Below the pieces are notes generated by a model. It was given only the letters and a program-made list of their open reading frames with translations. It did not search any database and was not told where the DNA came from. A program made the position numbers and the translations under genes. From an uncultured Flavonifractor sp. (GTDB taxonomy: Bacteria > Bacillota > Clostridia > Oscillospirales > Oscillospiraceae), in NCBI GenBank assembly GCA_910585415.1, contig CAJUDT010000001.1, forward strand, positions 42,149 through 106,148: a stretch of 64,000 nt of DNA, given 5' to 3'. Positions 19,817 to 28,399 of this stretch are shown one piece after another (position 1 is the stretch's first letter; the number at the start of each line of letters is the position of its first letter).

Positions 19817-20766
19817 ACTTCACTCACGACCCTCATTAGATTCTCAAAAAACAGGGCGCGCAGCAGCGCCTCGCTGTAATTTCGCTGGAGCAGCCGCTCC
19901 CACAGCCGTTCCCAGTCCTCTACGCCCCGGAACCCCTCCGGCAGCTGGGAGCAGCCGTCCAAATCGCCCCCCAGGGCAATGCTGCGTTCTCCTCCCAGCT
20001 CCAGCCAGTGTTCCAGGTGGCTGACCACGGTGTCCAGGTCCACCCGTTCCCCTAAAAACTGGGCGTACAGGTTCAGCCCGGCCACACCGTTGTGGTCTAT
20101 TATGGCAGTAAATTGTGCATCGGTCAAGTTCCTTGTGTGAGAAAATACCTGCCGGGCATTGGAATGGCTGGCAAAAAAGGGCCCCGGCACCAGCTCCGCC
20201 ACATCCCAGAAGCCCGGGTCTGACAGGTGGGACACGTCCACCAGCATCCCCAGCCGCCCCATTTTCTCCACAAAGGCCCGCCCCTGGGGTGTGAGCCCCT
20301 TCTCCGGTTCCTCAAGGTTGGTGCCGGACAGGGCGTTTTTATGATTCCAGGTGAGATTTACCGCCCGGACCCCCAGAGTATGGGCTTCCTCCAGCCGCTC
20401 CAGGGAACAGTCCAGCAGTTCCGCCCCCTCCACCGACAGGAACGCGGCCGCCTTCCCCTCGGCAAAGGCGGCCTCCGCCTCGGCCGCCGTGCGGCAGTGC
20501 CGGATTCGGTCTTGCCGGTCCGCCATTTCCCGGCGGAAGAGGTTGTACTCTTCCTGAAAAATACTCCACAGCGCCATTCCCCGCAGGTCGCGTCCCGGAA
20601 AATCCTCCGGCTGGCCCCAGATGGCGAAAAACTGGGCGTACCTCCGGTACCTCCCCGCCCGCTCCAGGTCCACATGACCGTCGTTTTTCCAAAAGTTTCC
20701 CCCTTGCAGGTACCGCATTAAAACGGTGTCGCAGTGGCCGTCGAACAGGTCAATCGAACGGTTCAT
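19804..20766 (-). CDS. membrane dipeptidase (peptidase M19)
   Basis: Start MNRSIDLFDGHCDT at 20766. LTWNHKNALS, VDVSHLSD and ASHSNAR are M19 zinc-ligand motifs. The 3' end overlaps the thrC start by 13 nt. Confidence 0.85.
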   Translation of the reverse strand: MNRSIDLFDGHCDTVLMRYLQGGNFWKNDGHVDLERAGRYRRYAQFFAIWGQPEDFPGRDLRGMALWSIFQEEYNLFRREMADRQDRIRHCRTAAEAEAAFAEGKAAAFLSVEGAELLDCSLERLEEAHTLGVRAVNLTWNHKNALSGTNLEEPEKGLTPQGRAFVEKMGRLGMLVDVSHLSDPGFWDVAELVPGPFFASHSNARQVFSHTRNLTDAQFTAIIDHNGVAGLNLYAQFLGERVDLDTVVSHLEHWLELGGERSIALGGDLDGCSQLPEGFRGVEDWERLWERLLQRNYSEALLRALFFENLMRVVSEVCTM

Positions 20767-20788
20767 TGCACGTTCCCCCTTATGTATG

Positions 20789-21160
20789 CTAAAAAGCGTT
20801 CTCCCAATAGATGATATTTGCCTCTGCCGCCAGAGTCCCCCGCGGGGCGTAGACCTCCGCGATGTCAAAGCGGGGCTGCTGCTTCAGCTCCGGGTGCTCC
20901 GAGAGGAAAATCTCCGCCGTAATGCGGAGCCTCTCCTGTTTTCGGGTGTCCACAAAGGCCCAGGCCGGGGCAAACGCCTCGCTCTTTCGCAGCTTCACCT
21001 CTGTAAAGCACAAATACTGTTCATTCGCCGCTATGATATCAATCTCCCCATAGCGGCTGTGGTAGCCTCGGGCTAAAATACAAAATCCCTTCCGCTTCAA
21101 ATCCGCGGCAACCAGGTCCTCACCCCAGCGCCCCCGGCGCTTCGCCTCTCCCCCTCTCAC
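20789..21160 (-). CDS. yraN: YraN family (UPF0102) endonuclease-like protein
   Basis: GEDLVAADLKRKGFCILARGYHSRYGEIDIIA is present. The GTG start overlaps the rnhB stop. Confidence 0.85.
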   Translation of the reverse strand: MRGGEAKRRGRWGEDLVAADLKRKGFCILARGYHSRYGEIDIIAANEQYLCFTEVKLRKSEAFAPAWAFVDTRKQERLRITAEIFLSEHPELKQQPRFDIAEVYAPRGTLAAEANIIYWENAF

Positions 21161-21816
21161 AGCTTGCTCAGAAAGGTCCTGCGGTGGATGGGACAGGGGC
21201 CATGCTCCCGCAGGAGCGCATAATGACGCTTGGTGGGATAGCCCTTATGGCGCTCAAATTCGTACTGGGGGTACTGCCGGGCCATATCCTCCATGTAGCG
21301 GTCCCGGCTGACCTTGGCCAGAATCGAGGCGGCGGCAATGGAGGCCGAGCGGCCGTCTCCCCTCACCAAAGTCCGGTGGGGACTGGTAATGGCGGCGTGT
21401 TTTCCATGGTCCCGGTTGCCGTCCACCAGCACGAAATCCGCCCCAGGCGTGAGCTTGTCAATGGCCCGCTGCATCGCCAGCATCCGGGCGCTGAGAATGT
21501 CGGTTTTGTCAATCTCCTTCTCGTCCGCCCAGGCCACCGCCCAGGCTACCGCCTTTTCCCGGATGAGATCATAGAGGATATCCCGCTGCTTTGGGGTCAG
21601 CTTTTTGGAGTCGTTCAGCCCCTCCAGCTCCAGCTCCGGCGGCAGAATCACCGCCCCGGCGTACACCGCTCCAGCCAGCGGTCCGGCCCCGGCCTCGTCC
21701 ACACCGCAGACCAGAGAATACCCCTGGCTCCAGCAGAGACGCTCTTCCTCCCAAAGGCTGACAGGTGTTTCCCCTTGACAGATATCCCCGCCGCCGCTCC
21801 GCTCACTCACACCCAT
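21157..21816 (-). CDS. rnhB: ribonuclease HII
   Basis: Start MGVSERS.. at 21816. CGVDEAGAGPLAGAVYAGAV (DEAG motif), DSKKLT and HYALLREHGPCPIHRRTF are present. Confidence 0.9.
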   Translation of the reverse strand: MGVSERSGGGDICQGETPVSLWEEERLCWSQGYSLVCGVDEAGAGPLAGAVYAGAVILPPELELEGLNDSKKLTPKQRDILYDLIREKAVAWAVAWADEKEIDKTDILSARMLAMQRAIDKLTPGADFVLVDGNRDHGKHAAITSPHRTLVRGDGRSASIAAASILAKVSRDRYMEDMARQYPQYEFERHKGYPTKRHYALLREHGPCPIHRRTFLSKL

Positions 21817-22717
21817 GCTCCCCCTCTCCCCCTGGGGATTCCAGTGTAAAGCGTCCCAGCTTGCCCCCGCGAAATTCATCCAACAGGATTTTTGCCATGC
21901 GCTCGGTGTCCACCTCGCCGCCGGAGATGAGAAACCCCCGCTTTCTGGCGCACTGCTCCAGACGGACATAGCCCGGCTCCCCGGCCTCCGGGGGCACCTT
22001 GTACCGCTCCACCAGCGCCTGAGGATACCGCCGGTCCAGCAGCTCCGCCAGACCGCAGGCCAACGTCTCCGCGTCCATGACCTCGTCCTTCACCGCCCCT
22101 GTAAAAGCCAGGTGCAGGCCGGTTTTCGGGTCCTCAAACTTGGGCCAGAGGATACCGGGTGTGTCCAGCAAGTCCAGGCCGGAGCCCGCGCCCACCCACT
22201 GCTTGCCGCGGGTGACGCCGGGACGGTCCCCCGCCTTGGCCGACTTCCGCCCGGCCACCTTATTGATAAAGGTAGACTTGCCCACGTTGGGCACGCCCAC
22301 CACCATGGCCCGAATGGGTCGGCCCACCTGCCCCTTCTCCCTCCACTTGGCCATCTGCTCCTTCAAAGCGTTCCGGGCCAGCGCCGCCATTTGACCGACG
22401 CCGTCCCCGGAACGGGCGTCCACCGCCGCGGCGGGAATGCCCTGGCTTTTGTTAAAGTGCTGGACCCAGGCCCGATTCATCTGGGGGTCCGCCTGATCCG
22501 CCCGGTTGAGCATGATGATCCGGGGCTTCTCCCCCACCAGGGCGTCGATATCCGGGTTTCGGCTGGACCGGGGAATACGGGCGTCCACGACCTCCACCAC
22601 CAGGTCCACCAGCTTCAGGTCCGCCTGTATCTGCCGCCGGGTTTTGGTCATATGTCCGGGGTACCACTGGATATCCACAAAAACCGCCTCCATGACAGCA
22701 TCAAGCCGCTCGAACAC
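21803..22717 (-). CDS. rbgA: ribosome biogenesis GTPase A (YlqF/RbgA)
   Basis: IQWYPGHMTKTRRQI, circularly permuted GTPase motifs (NRADQ, GVPNVGKST, DTPGILWP). The true start may be the internal M at 22693. Confidence 0.9.
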   Translation of the reverse strand: MFERLDAVMEAVFVDIQWYPGHMTKTRRQIQADLKLVDLVVEVVDARIPRSSRNPDIDALVGEKPRIIMLNRADQADPQMNRAWVQHFNKSQGIPAAAVDARSGDGVGQMAALARNALKEQMAKWREKGQVGRPIRAMVVGVPNVGKSTFINKVAGRKSAKAGDRPGVTRGKQWVGAGSGLDLLDTPGILWPKFEDPKTGLHLAFTGAVKDEVMDAETLACGLAELLDRRYPQALVERYKVPPEAGEPGYVRLEQCARKRGFLISGGEVDTERMAKILLDEFRGGKLGRFTLESPGGEGEHGCE

Positions 22718-22820
22718 AGCGCTGCCGTCTTTTGTGTGATTGGATTATATCGCACAGGTGTTTGAATCCAATTTCCTCTATTATACACAAGATGTAGGGG
22801 CTTGAAAAGGGACAACCCAA

Positions 22821-22845
22821 CAAAAAACCGAGGCCACAGCCCCGT
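22821..22845 (-). terminator. second (distal) rho-independent terminator after rplS
   Basis: Minus strand reads CGGGGC-tgt-GGCCTCG followed by GTTTTTTG. Confidence 0.5.
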
Positions 22846-22870
22846 TTTTTTCCCATTTTGCCCACTAGCG

Positions 22871-22897
22871 AAAAAAGGAGAGGCCGCAGCCCCTCCT
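22871..22897 (-). terminator. first rho-independent terminator after rplS
   Basis: Minus strand reads GGAGGGGC-tgc-GGCCTCTCC followed by TTTTTT. Confidence 0.6.
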
Positions 22898-22916
22898 TTT
22901 CCCAAACAGATATTGC

Positions 22917-23258
22917 TCAGATGCGCTCCTTGACCTTGGCGCTCTTGCCCACGCGGTCCCGCAGATAGTAGAGCTTCGCCCGGCGGACCTTGCCCCGGCG
23001 GACCACTTCAATCTTCTCCACTGTGGGAGCGTGCAGGGGAAATACCTTTTCCACGCCTACGCCGTAGGACACCCGGCGGACGGTGATGGTTTCGCCGATG
23101 CCGCCGTGCTTCTTGGCGATCACGGTGCCCTCAAAGACCTGGATACGCTCGCGGCTGCCTTCCTTGACCTTGATATGGACGCGCACGGTGTCGCCCACGG
23201 TAGCAACAGGGGGCTGCTCCTTCTCATACTTGCTGCTGAATGCCTGCATTAAATCCAT
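22917..23258 (-). CDS. rplS: 50S ribosomal protein L19
   Basis: [32 protein letters not shown]...RRAKLYYLR. Confidence 0.97.
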   Translation of the reverse strand: MDLMQAFSSKYEKEQPPVATVGDTVRVHIKVKEGSRERIQVFEGTVIAKKHGGIGETITVRRVSYGVGVEKVFPLHAPTVEKIEVVRRGKVRRAKLYYLRDRVGKSAKVKERI

Positions 23259-23428
23259 TTGACTGTTCCTCCTAATTTATAGGCGTTCATGCGCGCTTTT
23301 CAACGCCGCCCCACCCTACGGGACAGCAGCCGCAGAGGACCGCCCTTTTTCAGACTGGAATAGTCTATCACAGCCGGCGGCAGAATGCAAGCAAATTTTT
23401 CAATTCCCCCCTGTCAGCTCAAACGGGG

Positions 23429-24037
23429 TCATTCCTCCAGGGCGAGCCGGGCCTTTTCCACCGGCGAAGCGGTCAGCAGCCAAATGGCGGTTAGGGGCAG
23501 GGTCACATTGACCGCGCCCCGCAAAAAAAGCAGGCATCCCCCTGCGGCCAGCCCGCCCGCCAGGACCAGGGATACCACCCGCAGGGCCGTTTCTGCCCAT
23601 TCCCCCGCCCCCAGCAGAGCCAGCAGCGCACACAGCGCCCGCCCGCCGTCCAGCTGGGCCACAGGCAGCAGGTTAAAGGCGCCCAGGGCCAGATTGAGTC
23701 CCGCGAATAAAAAAGCCCCCTCGCCCCACCGCGCCGCCGCTCCAGCGACCGCCGGAGCCAGCAGCAGATTGACCGCCGGACCCGCCAGAGCCGCCAAAAG
23801 CTGCCGCCCAGCCCCCAGCGGATACCGGGCGGACAGCCGCAGCTCCGCCCCCACGCAGGTCAGGCGCAGCATAGACACGCGCCCTCCCAGCAGCCGGATA
23901 GCCGCCACATGTCCCAGCTCATGGAGGGTACAGACGGCCAGGGCCCAGGGAACCACTCCAGAGGAATCCAGGTAGTACAGCGCCGCCGTCAGCAGCAAAA
24001 ACCCTCCACTAATCTCCAAGTGACTCCAGCGCAGCAT
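23429..24037 (-). CDS. site-2 protease family (M50) intramembrane metalloprotease, short form without CBS/PDZ domain
   Basis: HELGH zinc motif and the second motif NLLPVAQLDGG. It is polytopic. The ATG directly abuts the stop of the upstream M23 gene (TAAATG). Confidence 0.8.
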   Translation of the reverse strand: MLRWSHLEISGGFLLLTAALYYLDSSGVVPWALAVCTLHELGHVAAIRLLGGRVSMLRLTCVGAELRLSARYPLGAGRQLLAALAGPAVNLLLAPAVAGAAARWGEGAFLFAGLNLALGAFNLLPVAQLDGGRALCALLALLGAGEWAETALRVVSLVLAGGLAAGGCLLFLRGAVNVTLPLTAIWLLTASPVEKARLALEE

Positions 24038-25012
24038 TTATATCGTCTCGATGTAATACGCCGGGTCCAGCAGCACGCCGTTGAGCTTCATCTCAAAGTG
24101 CAGATGGGGTCCTGTGGCGTTGCCGCTGTCCCCTGACAGAGCAATCCTCTCCCCCAGCAAAACGCTCTGCCCCTGCTCCACCAGCAGCTGACTGCAATGG
24201 GCATAAAAGGTGGTCAGTCCTCCGGCATGACTGAGCTGAACATAAAGGCCATAAATGGGGCTGTCTCCGATAAACTCCACCGTGCCCTCGGCAAAGGCCA
24301 GCACGCCGGTCCCCATGTTCACCCCCAGGTCCACGCCGTTGTGAAACTTCTCCCCGCCGTCCACCGGATGCTCCCGCCAGCCAAAGGGAGAGGTAATCCA
24401 CCCCAGAGCCGGGGTCACTGTCTCATCAACGCCCAGCGCGGACAGGCTGTACCAATCCTTTGTGGCGTTCTCCGGCAGGGCGGGTCCGTCGTAGGGCATG
24501 GACTTCACAGCGGGCTCCGCCGGCTCCTGGGGCAGGGGCTGAGGCTGAATGACCTCCACCGGCTCTGCCGGAGGGGCATCCTCCTGCCCTAGCCAGTGCG
24601 CCGCAAGCGACGTCTCCCCCCACAGGAAGGCCAGCTGGGCCCTGTAGAGCTCCGATTCCGCCGCCTCCACCTGGACGGCCTCACCCCCGCCGCCGAAAAC
24701 CTCCACCCAAAGGCCATTGAGCCCCTTCAGCACCGGCTCCCCCTCCGACAGGGACTTCCCCAGCCCCGCAAAAGCGCCGCGAAAATCGGTGTCGCTCTGA
24801 ATCAGGACGGCCAAGTCCTCCCGCACCTGCTCCAGCCGCTCTGGAAAGACGCCCTTTCCAATAAACACCACCAGAAACAGCACCACACATATACAAAGCT
24901 GCCCCAGCCGCCGGGCCTCCCGCGGCCCCAGAGCGGGCCCGTTGTTTCGCCGGGGGGACCTGCGCCCCCGCTCCTGCCGCCGTTTTTCCCATTCCCGATA
25001 GGTCGTCTCCAT
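24038..25012 (-). CDS. membrane-anchored M23 (LytM-type) metallopeptidase
   Basis: Start METTYREWEK at 25012 (GAAGGGAAGGA 6 nt upstream). It has an N-terminal basic region plus a TM segment (LGQLCICVVLFLVVFIG). Catalytic motifs are intact: HNGVD, YAHCS and GPHLHFE. Confidence 0.85.
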   Translation of the reverse strand: METTYREWEKRRQERGRRSPRRNNGPALGPREARRLGQLCICVVLFLVVFIGKGVFPERLEQVREDLAVLIQSDTDFRGAFAGLGKSLSEGEPVLKGLNGLWVEVFGGGGEAVQVEAAESELYRAQLAFLWGETSLAAHWLGQEDAPPAEPVEVIQPQPLPQEPAEPAVKSMPYDGPALPENATKDWYSLSALGVDETVTPALGWITSPFGWREHPVDGGEKFHNGVDLGVNMGTGVLAFAEGTVEFIGDSPIYGLYVQLSHAGGLTTFYAHCSQLLVEQGQSVLLGERIALSGDSGNATGPHLHFEMKLNGVLLDPAYYIETI

Positions 25013-25121
25013 GGAGCGTCCTTCCCTTCTGTATTGTGGTTTTGCTCCATGTATATGCACTTTGGGACGGGTTCATACCAGCAGATTTGCCCGCCTGCGG
25101 TGGAAGCAAACCCGAAACACG

Positions 25122-25166
25122 GAAAACCCCCTCTTGCTGCTCCATGCACAGCAAAAGGGGGTTTTT
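25122..25166. terminator. bidirectional rho-independent terminator downstream of the sensor kinase gene
   Basis: CCCCCTCTTGCTG-ctccatgca-CAGCAAAAGGGGG is flanked by an A-run and a T-run, so both strands end in U-tracts. Confidence 0.6.
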
Positions 25167-25301
25167 CGGATGTTCCAGATTCCGTCACCGGGCGGAGCAC
25201 CAAAGAGTGTAGAAATTTTCCTCAGCTTGGCGGGAAAGTCCGCAGGACTTTTTCGACAAGCTGGTTCTTTTTGCTTCTTTTTCTTTCCAAGAAAAAGAAG
25301 G

Positions 25302-28235
25302 CTACAGCTTGAGGAGGCGGGCTGCGGTGACCTTTAGCTTTTCCATGTCGATGGGCTTTGCGGTGTGGGCGTTCATGCCTGCGGCCAGGGCAGTCTGGAT
25401 GTCCTCTTCAAAGGCATTGGCCGTCATGGCTATGATGGGAATGGTCCTGGCCTCTGGATGGCCGCTGGCCCGGATGGCCTGGGTGGCCTCATAGCCGTTC
25501 ATCACCGGCATCTGCACATCCATGAAAATAATGTCGAACTCACCGGGAATCGCCTGGGTGAAGCGGTCCACCACGGCCTTCCCGTTGGGCACCACCTCGC
25601 ACTGAATGCCCTCAATCTCCAGCAGCTCCACCAAAATTTCCGCGTTAATCTCATTGTCCTCCGCCGCCAGAACTCTCAGCCCCGTCAGAGAGATTTCCTT
25701 CTGCTCTGCGGGCGTACCGGCGGCAGCCTCATCGTCCCCGTCCAGCACCTGAGCCACAACCCGCTCCAGACTGGCCCGGAAGAAGGGCTTAGACAGATAC
25801 ATGTCAATCCCGGCCTGCATCCCCGCCTCTTTTGCGTCCTCCAGGTCGTAGGCGGTCAGCACAAGAATGGGGACCTCCGGTCCCACCTGCTGGCGGATTT
25901 GCCGGGCCGTCTCCAGACCGTCCATGCCGGGCATTTTCCAGTCCAGGAGGATGACCTGAAACGCCTCCCCCTTCTCCTGGGCGGAGGCCACAAGCTCCAC
26001 CGCCGCACTGCCTCCGATGGCGTAGGAGACAGTCACCCCAGCTCCTTTCATGGACTCCTGAATTTCCCTGCACACGTCCTCATCGTCGTCCACGGCCAAC
26101 ATCCGGGTAATGCCCCGGCGGGTCCAGAAGCGTCGGTTGTCCACCGGACTGGCTACAGTCAGCTCCACATCTACGGTAAAAATACTTCCCTGGTCCAGCT
26201 CGCTCTGAACGGTGATGGTTCCGCCCATCAGGTCCACAATGTTCTTGGTGATAGCCATACCCAGCCCTGTCCCCTGAATTTCCCGGGGAGAGTCGGTAAT
26301 CTCGCGGGTAAAGGGGTCAAAAATGGTCTGGACAAAGCCCTCGCTCATGCCAAAGCCGTTATCGGCGACAATAAAGCGGAGGTGGGCCCGGCTGGAGGTA
26401 TTGGACTCCAGCCCACAAACGGTCAGCGAAATCTCCCCATCCGCCTGGGTGTACTTTACCGCGTTGGAGAGCAGGTTAATCAGCACCTGACTCAGCCGCA
26501 GCTTATCCCCCATCAGGACCTCGGGCAGGTCCCCCTTGGTGTGCAGGGTAAAGCGCTGATTCTTGGCGCGGGACTGGGGGAGCACCATGGTGTACAGCTC
26601 ATCCATCAGAGTGGGCAGGTTGAACTCGGCGATATTCAGCGAGGTTTTGCCGCTCTCAATTTTGCTCATGTCCAGCACGTCGTTAATGAGACTAAGCAGG
26701 TGCTGGCTGGAGGAAGCAATTTTTCGGGTATATTCCCGCACCTTCTCCGTATCCCCGGCGTCCCGGTTCAGCAGGACGGAAAAGCCCACAATGGCGTTCA
26801 TCGGCGTGCGGATATCGTGGGACATGTTGGCCAAAAAGTTGCTTTTGGCCTCATTGGCCGCCTTGGCGGTATGAAGGGCCTCGCCCAGGCGCTCGTTCAT
26901 CTGCCGCTCCTTGGTGCGGTCGGAGAGCATCAAAATGAACAGGTCCTCCCCCACCAGAGAGCAATGGTGGAGCAGCTGTTTGAACCAGCGCAGCTCGTTG
27001 GTTCTGGCGTGGAGGATATCCCGCTCCCCAGTCCACACGCCCCCCATCGGAACGGTGCTCAGGGTTTCCGGGGTCAGGGAGGACTGGGCGTCAAAAAACA
27101 TCTGGTCCATGTCCCCAAAGAGCAGCGGGCGGACATCCTGATATACCTCATCCACCTTCAGGCCCAAGACGCGCTCCAAATTGGGACTCACATAGTCCGC
27201 CGTATAGAGCTTTGGGGAAAAGAGGATAAAAATGTCGTCGGTATTCACCGTCAGCAGGTCAAAGAGCTCGTCCCGGGAACGGAGCTCCCGGTTCTTCTCC
27301 CCCAGACGGCGGCGGTTGCTTCGCACCAGCGAGAACACCACGCTAACCGCCGCAAGACCAAAGAGCAGGCCCATGACCGCCAGTGTCGCAAGGGTAAACC
27401 GGTTCCAGTCCCCGGTAACAGCGCTCCTCGGCGCGCTGCTCACCATCATCCAGTCGGAAAAGCCCACCGGCTGATAGCATAGGTAACAGCTCTCCCCGTT
27501 CAGGCTGAACATCGCAACCCGCGCTGCTCCGTCCCTCCAGTCCTGCGCAATCTCATCCACTTCACCGCCGGAGAAGCTGCCATAGGCGCGCAGGTCCTCC
27601 AGCAGGTTTTGAGGCTGCGTCTCCCCCTCCCGGGAGGAAAAGATAACATGTCCTGTGGAATCGGTCACAAAGCACTCGCTTTTCCCGGAAAAGGCGGCGA
27701 TGCGCAGCGCCTTGGTCATGTCCTTGCTGCGGAAGCTGACGCCAATGGCCCGATAGGCAAAGCCCTGATACAGGCCCGGCTCCATGGGTATGGCAAAAAA
27801 AGCGATGTGTTCCTCTCCCGCCAGCTTTCCGTCCGTCACAAGGTTTTCGCCAGCCATCAGCTGGTCCAGCTTCTCGCCCAGCTCCAGCCGTCCGCTGCCG
27901 CCCTGGCTGGTGATGTAGCTCCCGTCCTCCGCCAGAAAATAAAACTCGGAATAATGCCAATCCTCCTGCTCCATCTGGAAAAACGCCTGGAGCTCCTCGG
28001 GGCGTTCCGCCGCCGTCTGGGATATGTAGCTCTGCCAGCTCTTCAGCAGCCGCCAGTTCTTGCTGATGGTCGAACGAAAAGCGGAGTTAACCTGCGTATA
28101 AACATCTTCCATACGGCTGGCGCTCTCTACCAGAATCTCCTGGGAGGCAAACCGGAAATACGCGAACACAACGCCAAGAACCACCACGAGGATTGCCACG
28201 ATTACGGCCACCCTTGTCCGCTTTTTCCAGGCCAT
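25302..28235 (-). CDS. hybrid sensor histidine kinase with extracytoplasmic sensor domain and two receiver domains
   Basis: I preferred the start MAWKKRTRV at 28235 (GGAGG 7 nt upstream). Architecture: TM1, a ~290-aa extracytoplasmic region, TM2, a PAS-like region, H-box MSHDIRTPMNAI, HATPase GTGLGMAITKNIVDLMGG, REC1 (LAVDDDED..LLDWKMPGMDG) and REC2 (VLAAEDNEIN..IFMDVQMPVMNG). Confidence 0.9.
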   Translation of the reverse strand: MAWKKRTRVAVIVAILVVVLGVVFAYFRFASQEILVESASRMEDVYTQVNSAFRSTISKNWRLLKSWQSYISQTAAERPEELQAFFQMEQEDWHYSEFYFLAEDGSYITSQGGSGRLELGEKLDQLMAGENLVTDGKLAGEEHIAFFAIPMEPGLYQGFAYRAIGVSFRSKDMTKALRIAAFSGKSECFVTDSTGHVIFSSREGETQPQNLLEDLRAYGSFSGGEVDEIAQDWRDGAARVAMFSLNGESCYLCYQPVGFSDWMMVSSAPRSAVTGDWNRFTLATLAVMGLLFGLAAVSVVFSLVRSNRRRLGEKNRELRSRDELFDLLTVNTDDIFILFSPKLYTADYVSPNLERVLGLKVDEVYQDVRPLLFGDMDQMFFDAQSSLTPETLSTVPMGGVWTGERDILHARTNELRWFKQLLHHCSLVGEDLFILMLSDRTKERQMNERLGEALHTAKAANEAKSNFLANMSHDIRTPMNAIVGFSVLLNRDAGDTEKVREYTRKIASSSQHLLSLINDVLDMSKIESGKTSLNIAEFNLPTLMDELYTMVLPQSRAKNQRFTLHTKGDLPEVLMGDKLRLSQVLINLLSNAVKYTQADGEISLTVCGLESNTSSRAHLRFIVADNGFGMSEGFVQTIFDPFTREITDSPREIQGTGLGMAITKNIVDLMGGTITVQSELDQGSIFTVDVELTVASPVDNRRFWTRRGITRMLAVDDDEDVCREIQESMKGAGVTVSYAIGGSAAVELVASAQEKGEAFQVILLDWKMPGMDGLETARQIRQQVGPEVPILVLTAYDLEDAKEAGMQAGIDMYLSKPFFRASLERVVAQVLDGDDEAAAGTPAEQKEISLTGLRVLAAEDNEINAEILVELLEIEGIQCEVVPNGKAVVDRFTQAIPGEFDIIFMDVQMPVMNGYEATQAIRASGHPEARTIPIIAMTANAFEEDIQTALAAGMNAHTAKPIDMEKLKVTAARLLKL

Positions 28236-28265
28236 AAACATTCCTCCCAAAACTTTATCTTTTCT

Positions 28266-28294
28266 ATTATAGCAGTTTTTCGCTCTACTGGCAA
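28266..28294 (-). promoter_or_regulatory. sigma-A type promoter (extended -10) for the sensor kinase gene
   Basis: Minus strand reads TTGCCA-17 nt-(TGc)TATAAT, about 25 nt upstream of the GGAGG RBS. Confidence 0.5.
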
Positions 28295-28399
28295 GTGTGC
28301 TTCTCGCTCCTTTTTGACCCCAAAGGGGTATTTTTCCGGGAACACACCAATGAAGGACAGTGCTTGGACAGAATGTTCTTGTTGGGCCGTCTGTACCGT

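Noticed and set aside
22648-22905. 85-aa minus-strand ORF in the rplS-rbgA spacer.
   Set aside because: It is made up largely of the two terminator hairpins and the promoter region, and it has no RBS.
25365-27482. 705-aa + strand ORF.
   Set aside because: It is antisense to the hybrid histidine kinase gene, whose HisKA/HATPase/REC motifs are unambiguous. It shows shadow-ORF composition.
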